Positions 14,701 through 25,255 of a DNA stretch of 64,000 nt are shown here, piece by piece. The notes beneath the pieces were generated by a model. That model was not told the DNA's origin. It did no database searches and saw only the letters and a list, made by a program, of their open reading frames with translations. Numbering within the stretch: the first letter of the stretch is position 1; each line of letters starts with the position of its first letter. This DNA comes from Spongospora subterranea f. sp. subterranea (lineage: Eukaryota): assembly GCA_049724395.1 (NCBI GenBank), contig JAUGWO010000136.1, positions 62,001-126,000 on the forward strand. The letters run 5' to 3'. Made by a program: the position numbers and the translations under genes.

Positions 14701-15104
14701 ACGAGAAAAGTGTCAATGATAGGACAGTAAATCCGAATATACCAGACACGGTCATGAAGCCTAAATTTGAACCAGCAGCAAGAGTTTCATCGCAAATGGC
14801 GAAAGCAAATGAACCATCGATTATTGACGTGCTGAATAAACCGCTAACGATGAAGAAGGCTTTCGAACCCAACATGAAGGTAGAGGATAAAACTAGACAG
14901 ACAACTCCAACTAAAGGGACCAGGAAAGATGAAGATCCGGCAGCGATATTGATTCCAACCAAGCCTATAGCCGATAAGCCTAAATTCCTGCCAAACAGGG
15001 CAGGGATCGACAATGAAAAAAATTGCGACAAGGAACCGATTGGTTTGATACCCACCGAACCATTAGCAAGACCAAATTTCCAACCTGGACGATTTCACAA
15101 GTAG
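11706..15104 (+). CDS. Kinesin-2 family (KIF3/KIF17/OSM-3-like) motor (multi-exon)
   Basis: [71 protein letters not shown], kinesin-2 neck [16 protein letters not shown], then coiled coil. Confidence 0.92.
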
Positions 15105-16119
15105 TTCGAATATTAATGAGAAAAGTCGAGAGAGTTCATCACTGTAAACTTATAAGAATAAACGGCATCAGAGTTGATCACTGGATGGTGTGCTAAACTG
15201 TATATCCTTGATGATGCCACAGAGGGCTACTAGTCTTTCCTTGTATGTGTTCCCAGCATTTAGATTGTCCGGTAGTTCGCTACAAGCTAATCTGGACGAG
15301 GGAAACGGGCCAGGGCAAAACTGATTAAATGAACATCGGTTGAATACATTTAACTTGGGCAAAAAGTTTCTCTTCTGGAAAACCGACGAACGAAGATTTC
15401 AGGATATTCTTGAATATGGAGTTCATCAACGCGAAGGCGACGTCTAAAAACTTGAAAAATCTACGGGCAAGCGTGCGCAAACCGGGAAAGTTGGCGTAAT
15501 GAAGTAAAAGGACATGAATGAAATGACGACTACGATCACTATTACAGTAATCACATGATGATCAACTGGAGCATTAATACAGGAATTGTATAATGATTGA
15601 GTGGTTTGACACCCCGAACTCTGTCATATACAGTGTGAGTGGCCTCTTGTACACCGTATCTCTCACTACTGTACCATGCATGATGTATCAATTTATGTGA
15701 CAGCGATACAACTGGTGTTCTCTGTAACAATCTTTTGAAACGTCATGGGACAAATGTGTTCACAAGTTTTGCTCCGGTTTGTGGAAACATCACCATTGAA
15801 CACAGATCCTGTTCGTGTTATTGAACTTGTATCGCCGTCACACAATGGGTTCCATCATGCATATCATTGCTTTACAGAGGTGATGCGTGTTCCGGGCGGG
15901 CGCACAGGATTATGCCAGCCAGTTGACGTTGGAATCGGAAAACCAACTTTACAAGTTTACATCCAATCAGAGCATGGCACTGAGAGTTGATGATGCAGTT
16001 ATTGGGTCAGTGAAGGCCGTGAGTCTGTAGTCGGTACAGTTCGTAACAGAGGGAGGCTCCGCCCCTTGGGCATTCCTCTAGCCTGAGCTGAGCTCGAAAT
16101 CATCCCTCATTGGTCGGCG

Positions 16120-17379
16120 ATGGCGCCTTCTATATCAGCGACAAATCTTCAGTTGACCTCTGAATCTTCAGAAGAACCTATTGGTATGAATGGTTGTACT
16201 AAGCGCCACAAACCATCAGGTCTAATCTGTGTTTGTAGCGCCACAAATATTCGCTGATTTTTCAGAAAGAAATCGTGATGTCGCTATTGGAATAGCTGCA
16301 GTAACAACGCTAGCTAATGCCATATCGTTATCTAAAGGTAAACCCGATCCAATATTTGGTCGGTTGATTGTGCTTATTCCCGATGAATGTCAGCCAATAC
16401 AATAATGGGAGTAATGGATGATTTAAATGAAAGCCGCTGATTGTATGCAACAGATGGTGGATCAGAGTAAACGGACCACCCTTATTGCCGCTTGTGATTT
16501 ATTCAGGCGTTATGTCACAAGGACATCCTTAGAAGTGCCCGTTAGTTTCCACATTTTTTTCGTATTATTCATAATCCAATGACTTATTCTGTATCAGGAT
16601 TTCTCCAAATGTAAAGCTCGGCTTATAGATCGGGGCCTAAGGTTTGCAGAGCACAGCCAGTCGAGCAGGAAGAAGATTTGCGAATTCGGTGTAAAGTTTA
16701 TCCAAGAAAATTCGGTTATACTAGTCCACGGAATGTCTATGGTTGTCACACTTCTTCTGGAGGTCTCCAATTCCCATTTTTGGATTCATTTCATTTGATC
16801 TTACAGTTTATCAATTATAGACCGCATCAAAGCTGGGTAAACAGTTCTCAGTGATCCTTATTCAATCCCAAGATCGTATGGTCCCGGATGCTGAGCGAAT
16901 GCTGCATCATTTAATCTCATTGTCTATTCCTGTCACTATTATTCGTGATTCCGCTGTCGCTTTCGTTATGGATCGTGTTGACCTCGTATTGACCGGGTTT
17001 TATCACATCATCTCGTCTTTGTCCCCATAGTCGCCTAATAATTTTTCATTTTAGGGCTTGTGCTGTTGTTGAGAATGGTGGCGTTATCAATGTCATTGGA
17101 ACCTATCAAGTTGCGATTCTGGCGAAAGCGTTGAATCGCCCGTTTTATGTGGCCGCTGAATCGTATAAGTTCACCAGAGCTTTCCCTCTGTCTCAACGCG
17201 ATTTAGGAATGGGGATCACAGCAACTGGATCAGCATATTCATCGTCGGATTCGGTCCAGTTTGAGAACCCATATGAGGATTATACTCCACCCGAGTTCAT
17301 CACCCTTCTTCTTACCGATATGGGTATTGTGACTCCATCTGCAATTAGTGATTACAATGGATCTGAGGCAGAACTTTGA
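16120..17379 (+). CDS. EIF2B1: Translation initiation factor eIF2B subunit alpha (multi-exon; frame problem near 16430)
   Basis: DVAIGIAAV, AACDLFRRYVTRTS, ILVHG, DSAVAFVMDRVDLVLTG, VVENGGVINVIGTYQVA, PFYVAAESYKFTRAFPLSQ, DYTPPEFITLLLTDMG. Confidence 0.88.
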
Positions 17380-18301
17380 ATTTATCAAATCTGTCTATAT
17401 CTACCTTGTCATCCCCTGTGTCCCACTACAGTAGTTCTCGAAATTGATTCCCGTTCATCGTCGTTATGTTCTTTTCGCAAAATAGTGTGAATCATAGTTG
17501 TTTTCCTAAGTTGGCCAATGATTGACACTATAGTAATTTGTGTATACCAAATTTTCGATTACCTTAATCGTGATAGGTGGTTTTCGGTAGAAATCGCCAT
17601 GATCACCGCTTTTCTCCACAACATGTGTTGCCTTCTCGACATGCTGACTGGAACTGCCCTGGTAAACGAAATCCATTCAAACTGTTCGCCAAGATGGAAC
17701 ATTAGATCGTACGATGAAACTCGAGCGACGCTTCGTTCCGAAAACAATTCACAAAAACACGTAAAATGCGCATTGCCAAAGGAGGCAAGGAATACATTGT
17801 CTACGTCGACGGGAAAATTCCTTTCAGTAATGGGTTTCCCCCATTTTCAGCAAAGCACAACAATAAATGGCGAGCTGTTGTACCTCAAGATATTAATAAA
17901 AAGTCAATTACCACACATTTTAACAGTGACCTTTGAGAGCAATGACGCGTTCGACCATTACTTTTATCAGTAATATCTGCTCTTCAAACAAGCAATCTCG
18001 AGTACAAAACGTTTTCGGGTTTAGCATCAGGGTTTTGCCCTGAACTAATCCCCAGGTTTGAATTGGCCAGTCTGTGAATTTAGTCTATTTTCGATAAAGA
18101 TATGGTCATGGGTTGGAATAAGCGGACGATGGCGATGGGTCCGTTGGAATGATGAAATCATTTGACGTCAGTGAGTTATTGTGATAGGTCATTACTCGAG
18201 AATGGCCTTTTGTGAATTACTATCGGTGGAATGATACGGGAACAGTCCCCCCATTGACCAATCAATAACAATTGCGAACCCAATTAATATCTGTATTGAT
18301 A

Positions 18302-20673
18302 TTAGCCGATATTGATATGTTCATAATCTGATTGAAGGTGCTTTGGCACATCAAAACGATCTTGACGCTTTGGAACAATAAAACGAATTTTGCGCATATA
18401 ATACAGGAATTGATCAGGGATCTATATGAACAATATAAACAGACAATTATCAGATACCAGCAATATTCACCTCTTCTAATGTCTCAGCAGCCAAGTCTTC
18501 GACCGACTTCTTGTCTTGAAAAGCTACAAATTGGACAATGTCCCGACATGCCTCTACGTGATCAGATGACCTTATTGGGAATTGGTCGCCATCCAACTCA
18601 TTCATGTCTTTATAATTGGCATTTCCAACTCCAACAATAACAATAGAAAGAGGAAGGTTATTATTTGCCGCATGAACAATACTATACAGCCCCGTTAATG
18701 AATCAACAACGAAAATGACAAAATTAGCATAGACGAGTCTGATCTAACCAGTCTTTCGTTTTTTGAAAATCCTCAAGGACTCCGTCTGTGATTATCAACA
18801 AAATGGAATATTTAGCTGGTTTGCCCAACGGAATGCCTTTAAGATTTGAGATATGGAAATTTTTGGCAATACTATTTGCATGAGAGAGAACCTCTGCAAA
18901 TCTAGTTGGACCCGAGAAGTCGAGGTTTGGAATCTTATCGTAATAAGCTTTCAACATTCCATTAACACCATCGACACCAAGGTTTGGATCATTCTGTAAT
19001 AATGAACCGTATTCAGAATTCGCAATTCAATCATAGATTAGCAATAACTACGTTGGATGAAATGTCGAACCAATGCAGGACCTTTGGGGAGCTCACATCC
19101 TCTACCGTTCGCAAGCGTTTAGCGCCCTGTCATGATTAATCGTCAACAATCAAATGGGATTATAATAATCACTTACAAACCCCCAAAACGGAATTTTTTG
19201 ATCGGCATCATATTTTGCAAGGATTCCGCCAATTTTTGTGATCGCTTGTTGATACTAAAGCGATCATACGCTGAAATGCAATATCCAATGCTAATAAACC
19301 TAACCTGATTCGGACTTCCACCAGTGGGATTTCCATCACAATCCACACGATACGGATTCTGTGGATCTACATAATGCAGAGAATCCTTCTCCGTTGCTCT
19401 TCCATTAGACGCTGTAAAGTCTATGGCCACCATTAAGTTGATTTCACTCCCTCCACGAATATAATCAGGAAATGAGTTGAGGGGATGGCGTGTGATGGCG
19501 CCATTTACAATGTTAAGTTCCCCAACCACCTCATTGCCTTTTTCGCCTCCCTTCAAAATCAATATCTCGTTGGTCCCAGATCCCAACTTTTTGGGTGTCA
19601 CTCGAACCTCTCCAATAACTCTGTCGTTTTGAAACCTTAAGTAATGAATGCACTTAATGGTAATTTCGGATTCTTCATCCCTTTTCCACAATTGCTGCAT
19701 TTTAATCTGTACAACAACTGTAAAACTGAACGAGAAAAACAACAGTTATCGTACCTGTATTGGATTCCAATTGGGGTCGCAATCATTCATCATCGCCTCT
19801 GTCCTGTAAATTGGAATTGAACCGTCTCTTTCTGTAGCTCGCCAGAATTCCAGATATGGATTAGATTTTTTCCCCGTTTCGCATTTAAAGATCGTTGAAA
19901 AAAACGAGCGACCTGTCCATCATGATAAGGCTACAATTACAATCTGTTCCAGTGAAATATCAAACCTAGCCCTTTGATATTTGCGCCACTGATTTCAAAC
20001 TTTAAAATGTCCTCGGGGTCGGACGACACCTCCAAATATTTCATTTTAATTGTGGTGCCTGTTCAATAGTATCATCAAGAGAGACCAGAATTTGTGTGGG
20101 ACAATTGACCTAAAGAAGGATATGTCGTCAGTGGAATGGATAGTTCATTTGTTGTGATTAATTGCGATAAAAAGAATTCAGTCTGGTCAATTTTCCGAAG
20201 TTCACGATTTTTTTTATCGCCGTTGTTATTGTCGGATTCCAATATTTGTAAGCAAATTTTTTGTTCCTATACATTAACATGATAAGTTCGAATACTGTCA
20301 ATGGACACAATCGCTGATACTTTTTCGAACGCATATTCCATTCGCAATCGTTTGATAAAACTCGGTGAATTATTATTCCTGTCGATAAATCAGCCGATAA
20401 TCAATATAACTCGCAACGAAACTCACATGATCGTCTCCGTTTCAAATTCCTTCCAATTTCCCTGATTATCCTTCGATTCTACTTTTATAAACGCATCTGA
20501 TTGCGAATTTTTATCCTAAACAACATCTTATCAATGGTATAAACCGATTTTTCAAAGACTTGTACCATGTTCGGTAGATTTTCGCAGAAAAAGCTAATCT
20601 CTATCAGGTAGTGCAATACTTTGGACTGTGGCAACTTATCTACCTTCTTCATCTCCTTTGCCTCCCCGGCCAT
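18302..20673 (-). CDS. Copine (C2-C2-vWA), copy 1; no lesion found in the exons checked
   Basis: INLMVAIDFTASNG, SLHY, FSGPTRFA, YSILLIITDG, LPLSIVIVGVG, RDIVQFV, IPDQFLYYM, plus C2-like exons. ATG at 20673, stop at 18302. Confidence 0.85.
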
Positions 20674-21067
20674 GACTGGCCGATCGATAATGTTGATTAA
20701 AATGACTGTGAACCAAGAATGAGTTAGGGTGGTAATGGGTCATTAATGGGGTATTTATTGTGGGTTTCATATATTTTGGGCTCCCAGTGCTAAATGAGCG
20801 TGGTTTTAAAAAAGTCCGAAGGGGGTCACCAAACTCCGAGCAAGGTTTTAGTTTGACCCCAGGTGGTTTTTAGTTTGACAGTTTGACTGCCAAAATTGGT
20901 TAAAACATTGCTTCTCTGAATAAAGAGCGGCCTATTACGTGCAGGCCTGCAATGTTTTACTATTTCCCCTCTGATTGGACTAGTTCAACTAGCCCAAAAC
21001 CTGCACTAATCCTTTGGTCCTACCCGGTAGAAATACTGCGGGGCGGTTGATCAGATTGGTATTACGG

Positions 21068-22072
21068 ATGTGGAGTCGAGATCTACGTTGGCGATGCATT
21101 GTTCTGCATTACGTTTATTCTACATCAATAGAGAACGTCTCCGTTCTTCTTGGTGTTGGGAAAACTAGCATCAAACGTTGGATTGCCCTGTTTGAAAGGA
21201 CTGGTAATGTCGTTAATGACGCTGTTCGACAAAGGTCTGCCAGATGGCCCACCGAGGTTTACGACTATGTGCACACCTTCATCGTAAACAGTCCCTGTTT
21301 CTATATTGAAGAACTCCAAGAGGAGCTGGCTCTCAGATTTCCCGAACTGACGAATATATCGTCTGCGACAATTTGCCGGGCCCTTCGTCATGATCTTAAA
21401 GTGTCCAGAAAAGTCCTGGAAAAGCGCGCTCGCGAGAGCGTTCCTGAACAGCTCAGAGAATTTTATCAGAAGCTTTCGCGAATCTATTCATATCCTGAGC
21501 AACTAGTTTTCCTGGACGAAACGAGCAAAGACGGTCGCGACTGTTTGCGTCGTCATGGATGGTCTAGGATCAATACGCCAGCTCTAGTACGCCAACCGTT
21601 TCAACGAGGGAACAGAGTCTCTGTTTTCGCCGCGTTTGATGCAAAGGGATTTTTCTCTTGGAAATGCACCGAAGGGACGTTCAATCGCCAGAAGTTCCAT
21701 GATGCTTTCCTGGAAATCGTCGCTCCGAAGTTGAATCCGTGGCCACTTCCAAGGAGCATTGTTATCTTAGATAATGCACAGATCCATATGTATCGGGAAT
21801 TGGAACAGGTCATACACAGATCAGGCGCGAAACTCATGTTCCTGCCTCCTTATTCGCCACAGTTGAACCCTATCGAGCAAGGTTTTGCACTTTTAAAGCA
21901 GTGGCTCAAGAAACATGCTGATCTGACGTTCAGGGTTTGCCCTGAGGCTGTTCTAAAAGTGGCTATGCCAATGTGTATGAAGAATCTAAGACATATTGGT
22001 CATAATTTTTACAATTCCTGTGGGTACGGTCACACTGAGCTAAATAAAGAAATGTTTGGGGTCTATCTTTAA
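21068..22072 (+). CDS. DD34E transposase (IS630/Tc1-like), intronless
   Basis: N-terminal HTH-like region (first ATG MWSRDLRWR; frame open from 21014). Catalytic FLDETS, ILDNAQIH, then 34 residues to E in LPPYSPQLNPIE. Confidence 0.95.
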   Translation: MWSRDLRWRCIVLHYVYSTSIENVSVLLGVGKTSIKRWIALFERTGNVVNDAVRQRSARWPTEVYDYVHTFIVNSPCFYIEELQEELALRFPELTNISSATICRALRHDLKVSRKVLEKRARESVPEQLREFYQKLSRIYSYPEQLVFLDETSKDGRDCLRRHGWSRINTPALVRQPFQRGNRVSVFAAFDAKGFFSWKCTEGTFNRQKFHDAFLEIVAPKLNPWPLPRSIVILDNAQIHMYRELEQVIHRSGAKLMFLPPYSPQLNPIEQGFALLKQWLKKHADLTFRVCPEAVLKVAMPMCMKNLRHIGHNFYNSCGYGHTELNKEMFGVYL

Positions 22073-22929
22073 TTTTCGTCGTCCGATAGGACATGATCGA
22101 CGTCGTTAAGGTCTTGTCCGACAACTGCCGGAACGGGTTCGTCGGAATGAAATATATCGTTTCCGAACAACGGATATGGTGGCAAACCCAGGGCGGATCG
22201 AAGGCTTGCGATATTCACCTCCACAGTGACAAGTTCAGTCCTATTGACCCGCAACACGATTTGGGCGAATTCGTCCGCATCCTGATTTTCAAGTGAACTT
22301 CTGAGGTAGTCCAATCGCATCGCCTGCCGGAATGTGTTGCTGGCCGGCAATTGCTCGACTGGTTCAGGATTGACAGCTCGCGCCCTGGTCCTCGACCAAA
22401 TATTCGTCGCTATCTCGCCAATTACGGCTCGATCAGGAAGACTGGGAGGGTTTGCCTGGATGGCAGCAACGATTTCTTCTGTTGCCAGACGGACCCTGCC
22501 TATGGTCGCCCTTCGCAAACCAGAAGGGTTTGTTGATCCCGAATTTCTTACAGACGCCTGTTCGGAAATAAAAACGACCAGTGGAATGAGGACGTTTTCG
22601 GGCGACAATCGCTGACGAATCACTGATTGTGCATATACGCGTCGAACAGTCACGTCGAAATTGTCTTCAGAAAGGTCGATGAACCTGCTTTGGGGTGCTT
22701 GGACAGCAGGTTTGATTTTCAGTTTGATTTCATCAGGAACACTCGACCTGGGAAGATGTATTCGTAAGTGGCGAACAATGATGGCGTGCAGAACGCAAAA
22801 TCCTAGTGACAGAGTCCATTGAATACTATCAGTTTCTGCAGCAGCATGATGGTGCCGTCTGCTGATAGTATCATCTCCCTTGAAAACGGTCAAGGATGCG
22901 GTCAAATTGTCGGGGACGGTCTCGTCCAT
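22069..22929 (-). CDS. Transposon-borne hypothetical protein, 286 aa, intronless
   Basis: ATG-to-TAA uninterrupted ORF wholly inside the TIRs. Its stop overlaps the transposase stop in TTAA (22069-22072). Confidence 0.8.
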   Translation of the reverse strand: MDETVPDNLTASLTVFKGDDTISRRHHHAAAETDSIQWTLSLGFCVLHAIIVRHLRIHLPRSSVPDEIKLKIKPAVQAPQSRFIDLSEDNFDVTVRRVYAQSVIRQRLSPENVLIPLVVFISEQASVRNSGSTNPSGLRRATIGRVRLATEEIVAAIQANPPSLPDRAVIGEIATNIWSRTRARAVNPEPVEQLPASNTFRQAMRLDYLRSSLENQDADEFAQIVLRVNRTELVTVEVNIASLRSALGLPPYPLFGNDIFHSDEPVPAVVGQDLNDVDHVLSDDEN

Positions 22930-24349
22930 TTGGCGATGAATGACTTATGACATGCAGAGTAGAATAAACAGATAACGTCAACTGTGATTGACTCATGCTT
23001 CCCACGTCATTCATTGTCAAATGACCGAGGCCATCCCAAAACTACAACCGCAAAGATACCGTTTTCAAAGGAGATTTAGACGACAACATTGCTGCTGCAG
23101 ATATTGAATAGTATTCAATGCATGTTATGACTTGATTATGACGTGTTGTGCGCTATTATCATTCGTGATGTAATAAATAACACATTTCCCACGAGTGTTT
23201 TAATGAAACAAGATTAAAATTCGTCTCCAAAGACGTCTCGATTCTGGAACGGGCCAACCACCAGCTCTAATGGTAGTTCTTGATTAAAAAATCCGTGGTG
23301 AGCCATGTTTAAGGAAACTGCGGACCGGGTTTTATATACTCCTCAGACTGTCCATTTTTAGTGAAATCCACAATACATGTTGTTATCGCAATGACGCTGA
23401 TGCGATTGGTCCATCGGAACGGGAGTGCAGGAGCAGAAACAGTCATCAGATTGTGGTTATTTTTATAAGTCTGAAGTCCCCACGAGCAACAAAATAGACG
23501 GAATGACGTAGAACAGCTAGAGGTTTACAGTCATGGCCCATCACCCATTCAACACAGCAGTCAACTCCGTTGGGCACTCCGAACTCCGGAATGACATCGA
23601 CTCTAACTGTATCCGCAGTCTGAACTTCGGAATGATATTCCGAGTATTAAACCAGTTCTACATCTCACGATTGTAATTGTCAGCAAGTGTCAGCGATGTC
23701 AGATCGTGATGAAGAGATTTACGAAGAAACTGAGTTCGATAATTTCGAGTGGGGGACGCCATTATGAGTCCGAGAACGAGGGGACGTTCTTTCATTTGCT
23801 CCGAGTTTGTTTGGGGGTACCCTCTTTGATGTCAATGCTCATATTGAGCAGATCAAATGGTAATTGGACGCAAAAAACTGAGTTATTAACACTACAATGT
23901 CAAAAAAGTCAAGCAATGTTTGTTCTTACTTCATGATCCGATTACCACTATACCGTTTACCCATCCCATTACATTGTTAGTTATTGGGAACCAACAATAC
24001 GTTCACCATATCTCGGCATTCAAGAACCAAACACAATGAAGTGAACTGTCCTGACCCAACGCAGATCAAGCTGGCCGACGGGTTTGTGAAAGTGTCTAGA
24101 AACACACTTATTGCAAGAAAGAAAGCAGATCCACCAATGGAAAGTCATCGTGTGGACAAGAGCCAACGATCATTTCGATCAACTGGATCATCAATCATTC
24201 GCAGCCGTTCAGTGTCGTCTAGAACTAAACTGCCGTCCAATAATTCATGTTCCAAATCTGGATTGAATGTCAAGAGGAAACAATGGCTGGACTATTGGTG
24301 GCGCCCTACCAGTTTCAATCAAAACCGGCGACAACAATCAGAATGAAAA

Positions 24350-25216
24350 TATATTAACCAATTACAACTCCCCACAAGGGGATTTCCTTATCGTTATCAT
24401 ATGGTTTAAGGATTCAGCCTTTTAACCCAGATCGTTTTCCTCTGGATGTTCGGATCGCCATCAGAATTGTTGAGTTTTTAACCACAATTGAGCTGCCTTT
24501 AATTCCAGAATCCCCCATGGTTTCAAGTCAACAACTGAGCCATGACTATCAGGTTCCCACCAATTTCTGGTTTTCGTCATTTGTCGTCAACGTCGTTCGC
24601 GCCTTAGTCTCCAACGTTTTGAGGAGATCCTCGATAATATGATTTCCAGCTTTATTTTGCAATCAAAACACTGATTGCTAATTGGGCAATCCCTAATTCA
24701 TAATCACAATTGCCGCACTGAGGTCTTTGACAAAAACTGTGGAATGGAACGAGGAAAACAACAGTCATTGAACATCTATTGGCTCCAATTGGGGTTGGTA
24801 TTCTTCTGAATCGCCTCTGTTCTGTGAACTGCACGTATTAGCAGTATATCCATCGGTGATTCGAACAAATTCCAACTATGGATCAGACGTGGGGTCTTCC
24901 ACAAACGACCGTCTCTATAATAAGACTACAATAATCGCATCCAATCACAACCGAGGGTTGGTCAACCCATCCCACCTTCATTGATGGTATTCTATCATTC
25001 AACAGGCCCAAACGTCTCTGTGAAAGAGCGGATGTGTCGCGCGGCCCCAAAGATAAATGCAAATTTTGCAATCGCGGCGCGAATACGATGGAAAACACGA
25101 TAAACTCGAGCGACCCTTGGTTCCGATATCAAGTCACATTGAATCTGACAAATGAAGAATACGCATTGCTAAAGGTTGGAAAACATTGGTATTCGTATTC
25201 TCGGCAATTTTGTTGA
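24350..25216 (+). mobile_element. Possible decayed non-LTR retrotransposon 3' fragment
   Basis: Only a CKFCNRGANTMEN motif resembling the C-terminal Cys motif of LINE ORF2; frames otherwise broken. Confidence 0.25.
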
Positions 25217-25255
25217 AAAATTAATGACGATTTCGGTCCATCACCTATCAACTAA

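Larger units (their letters stand above)
20758..23373 (+). mobile_element. IS630/Tc1-mariner superfamily DNA transposon, 2616 bp, two ORFs
   Basis: TIRs ttgtgggtttca / tgaaatccacaa (11/12 match). TA at 20756-57 and 23374-75. Paralogous empty site ggggtataTAcatgttg at ~27955-27971. Confidence 0.93.
17975..24218. repeat. Segmental duplication, copy A (includes the 2.6-kb transposon insertion)
   Basis: Colinear with 25256-28821 from atctgctctt.aa.aagc.atctcgag to tcattcgcagccgttcagtgtcgt. Confidence 0.9.

Noticed and set aside
22069..22929. Fanzor/TnpB nuclease inside the Tc1-like element
   Set aside because: No RuvC D-E-D motifs or CxxC zinc finger. Its 3' end faces the transposase rather than the element end, unlike omegaRNA geometry.
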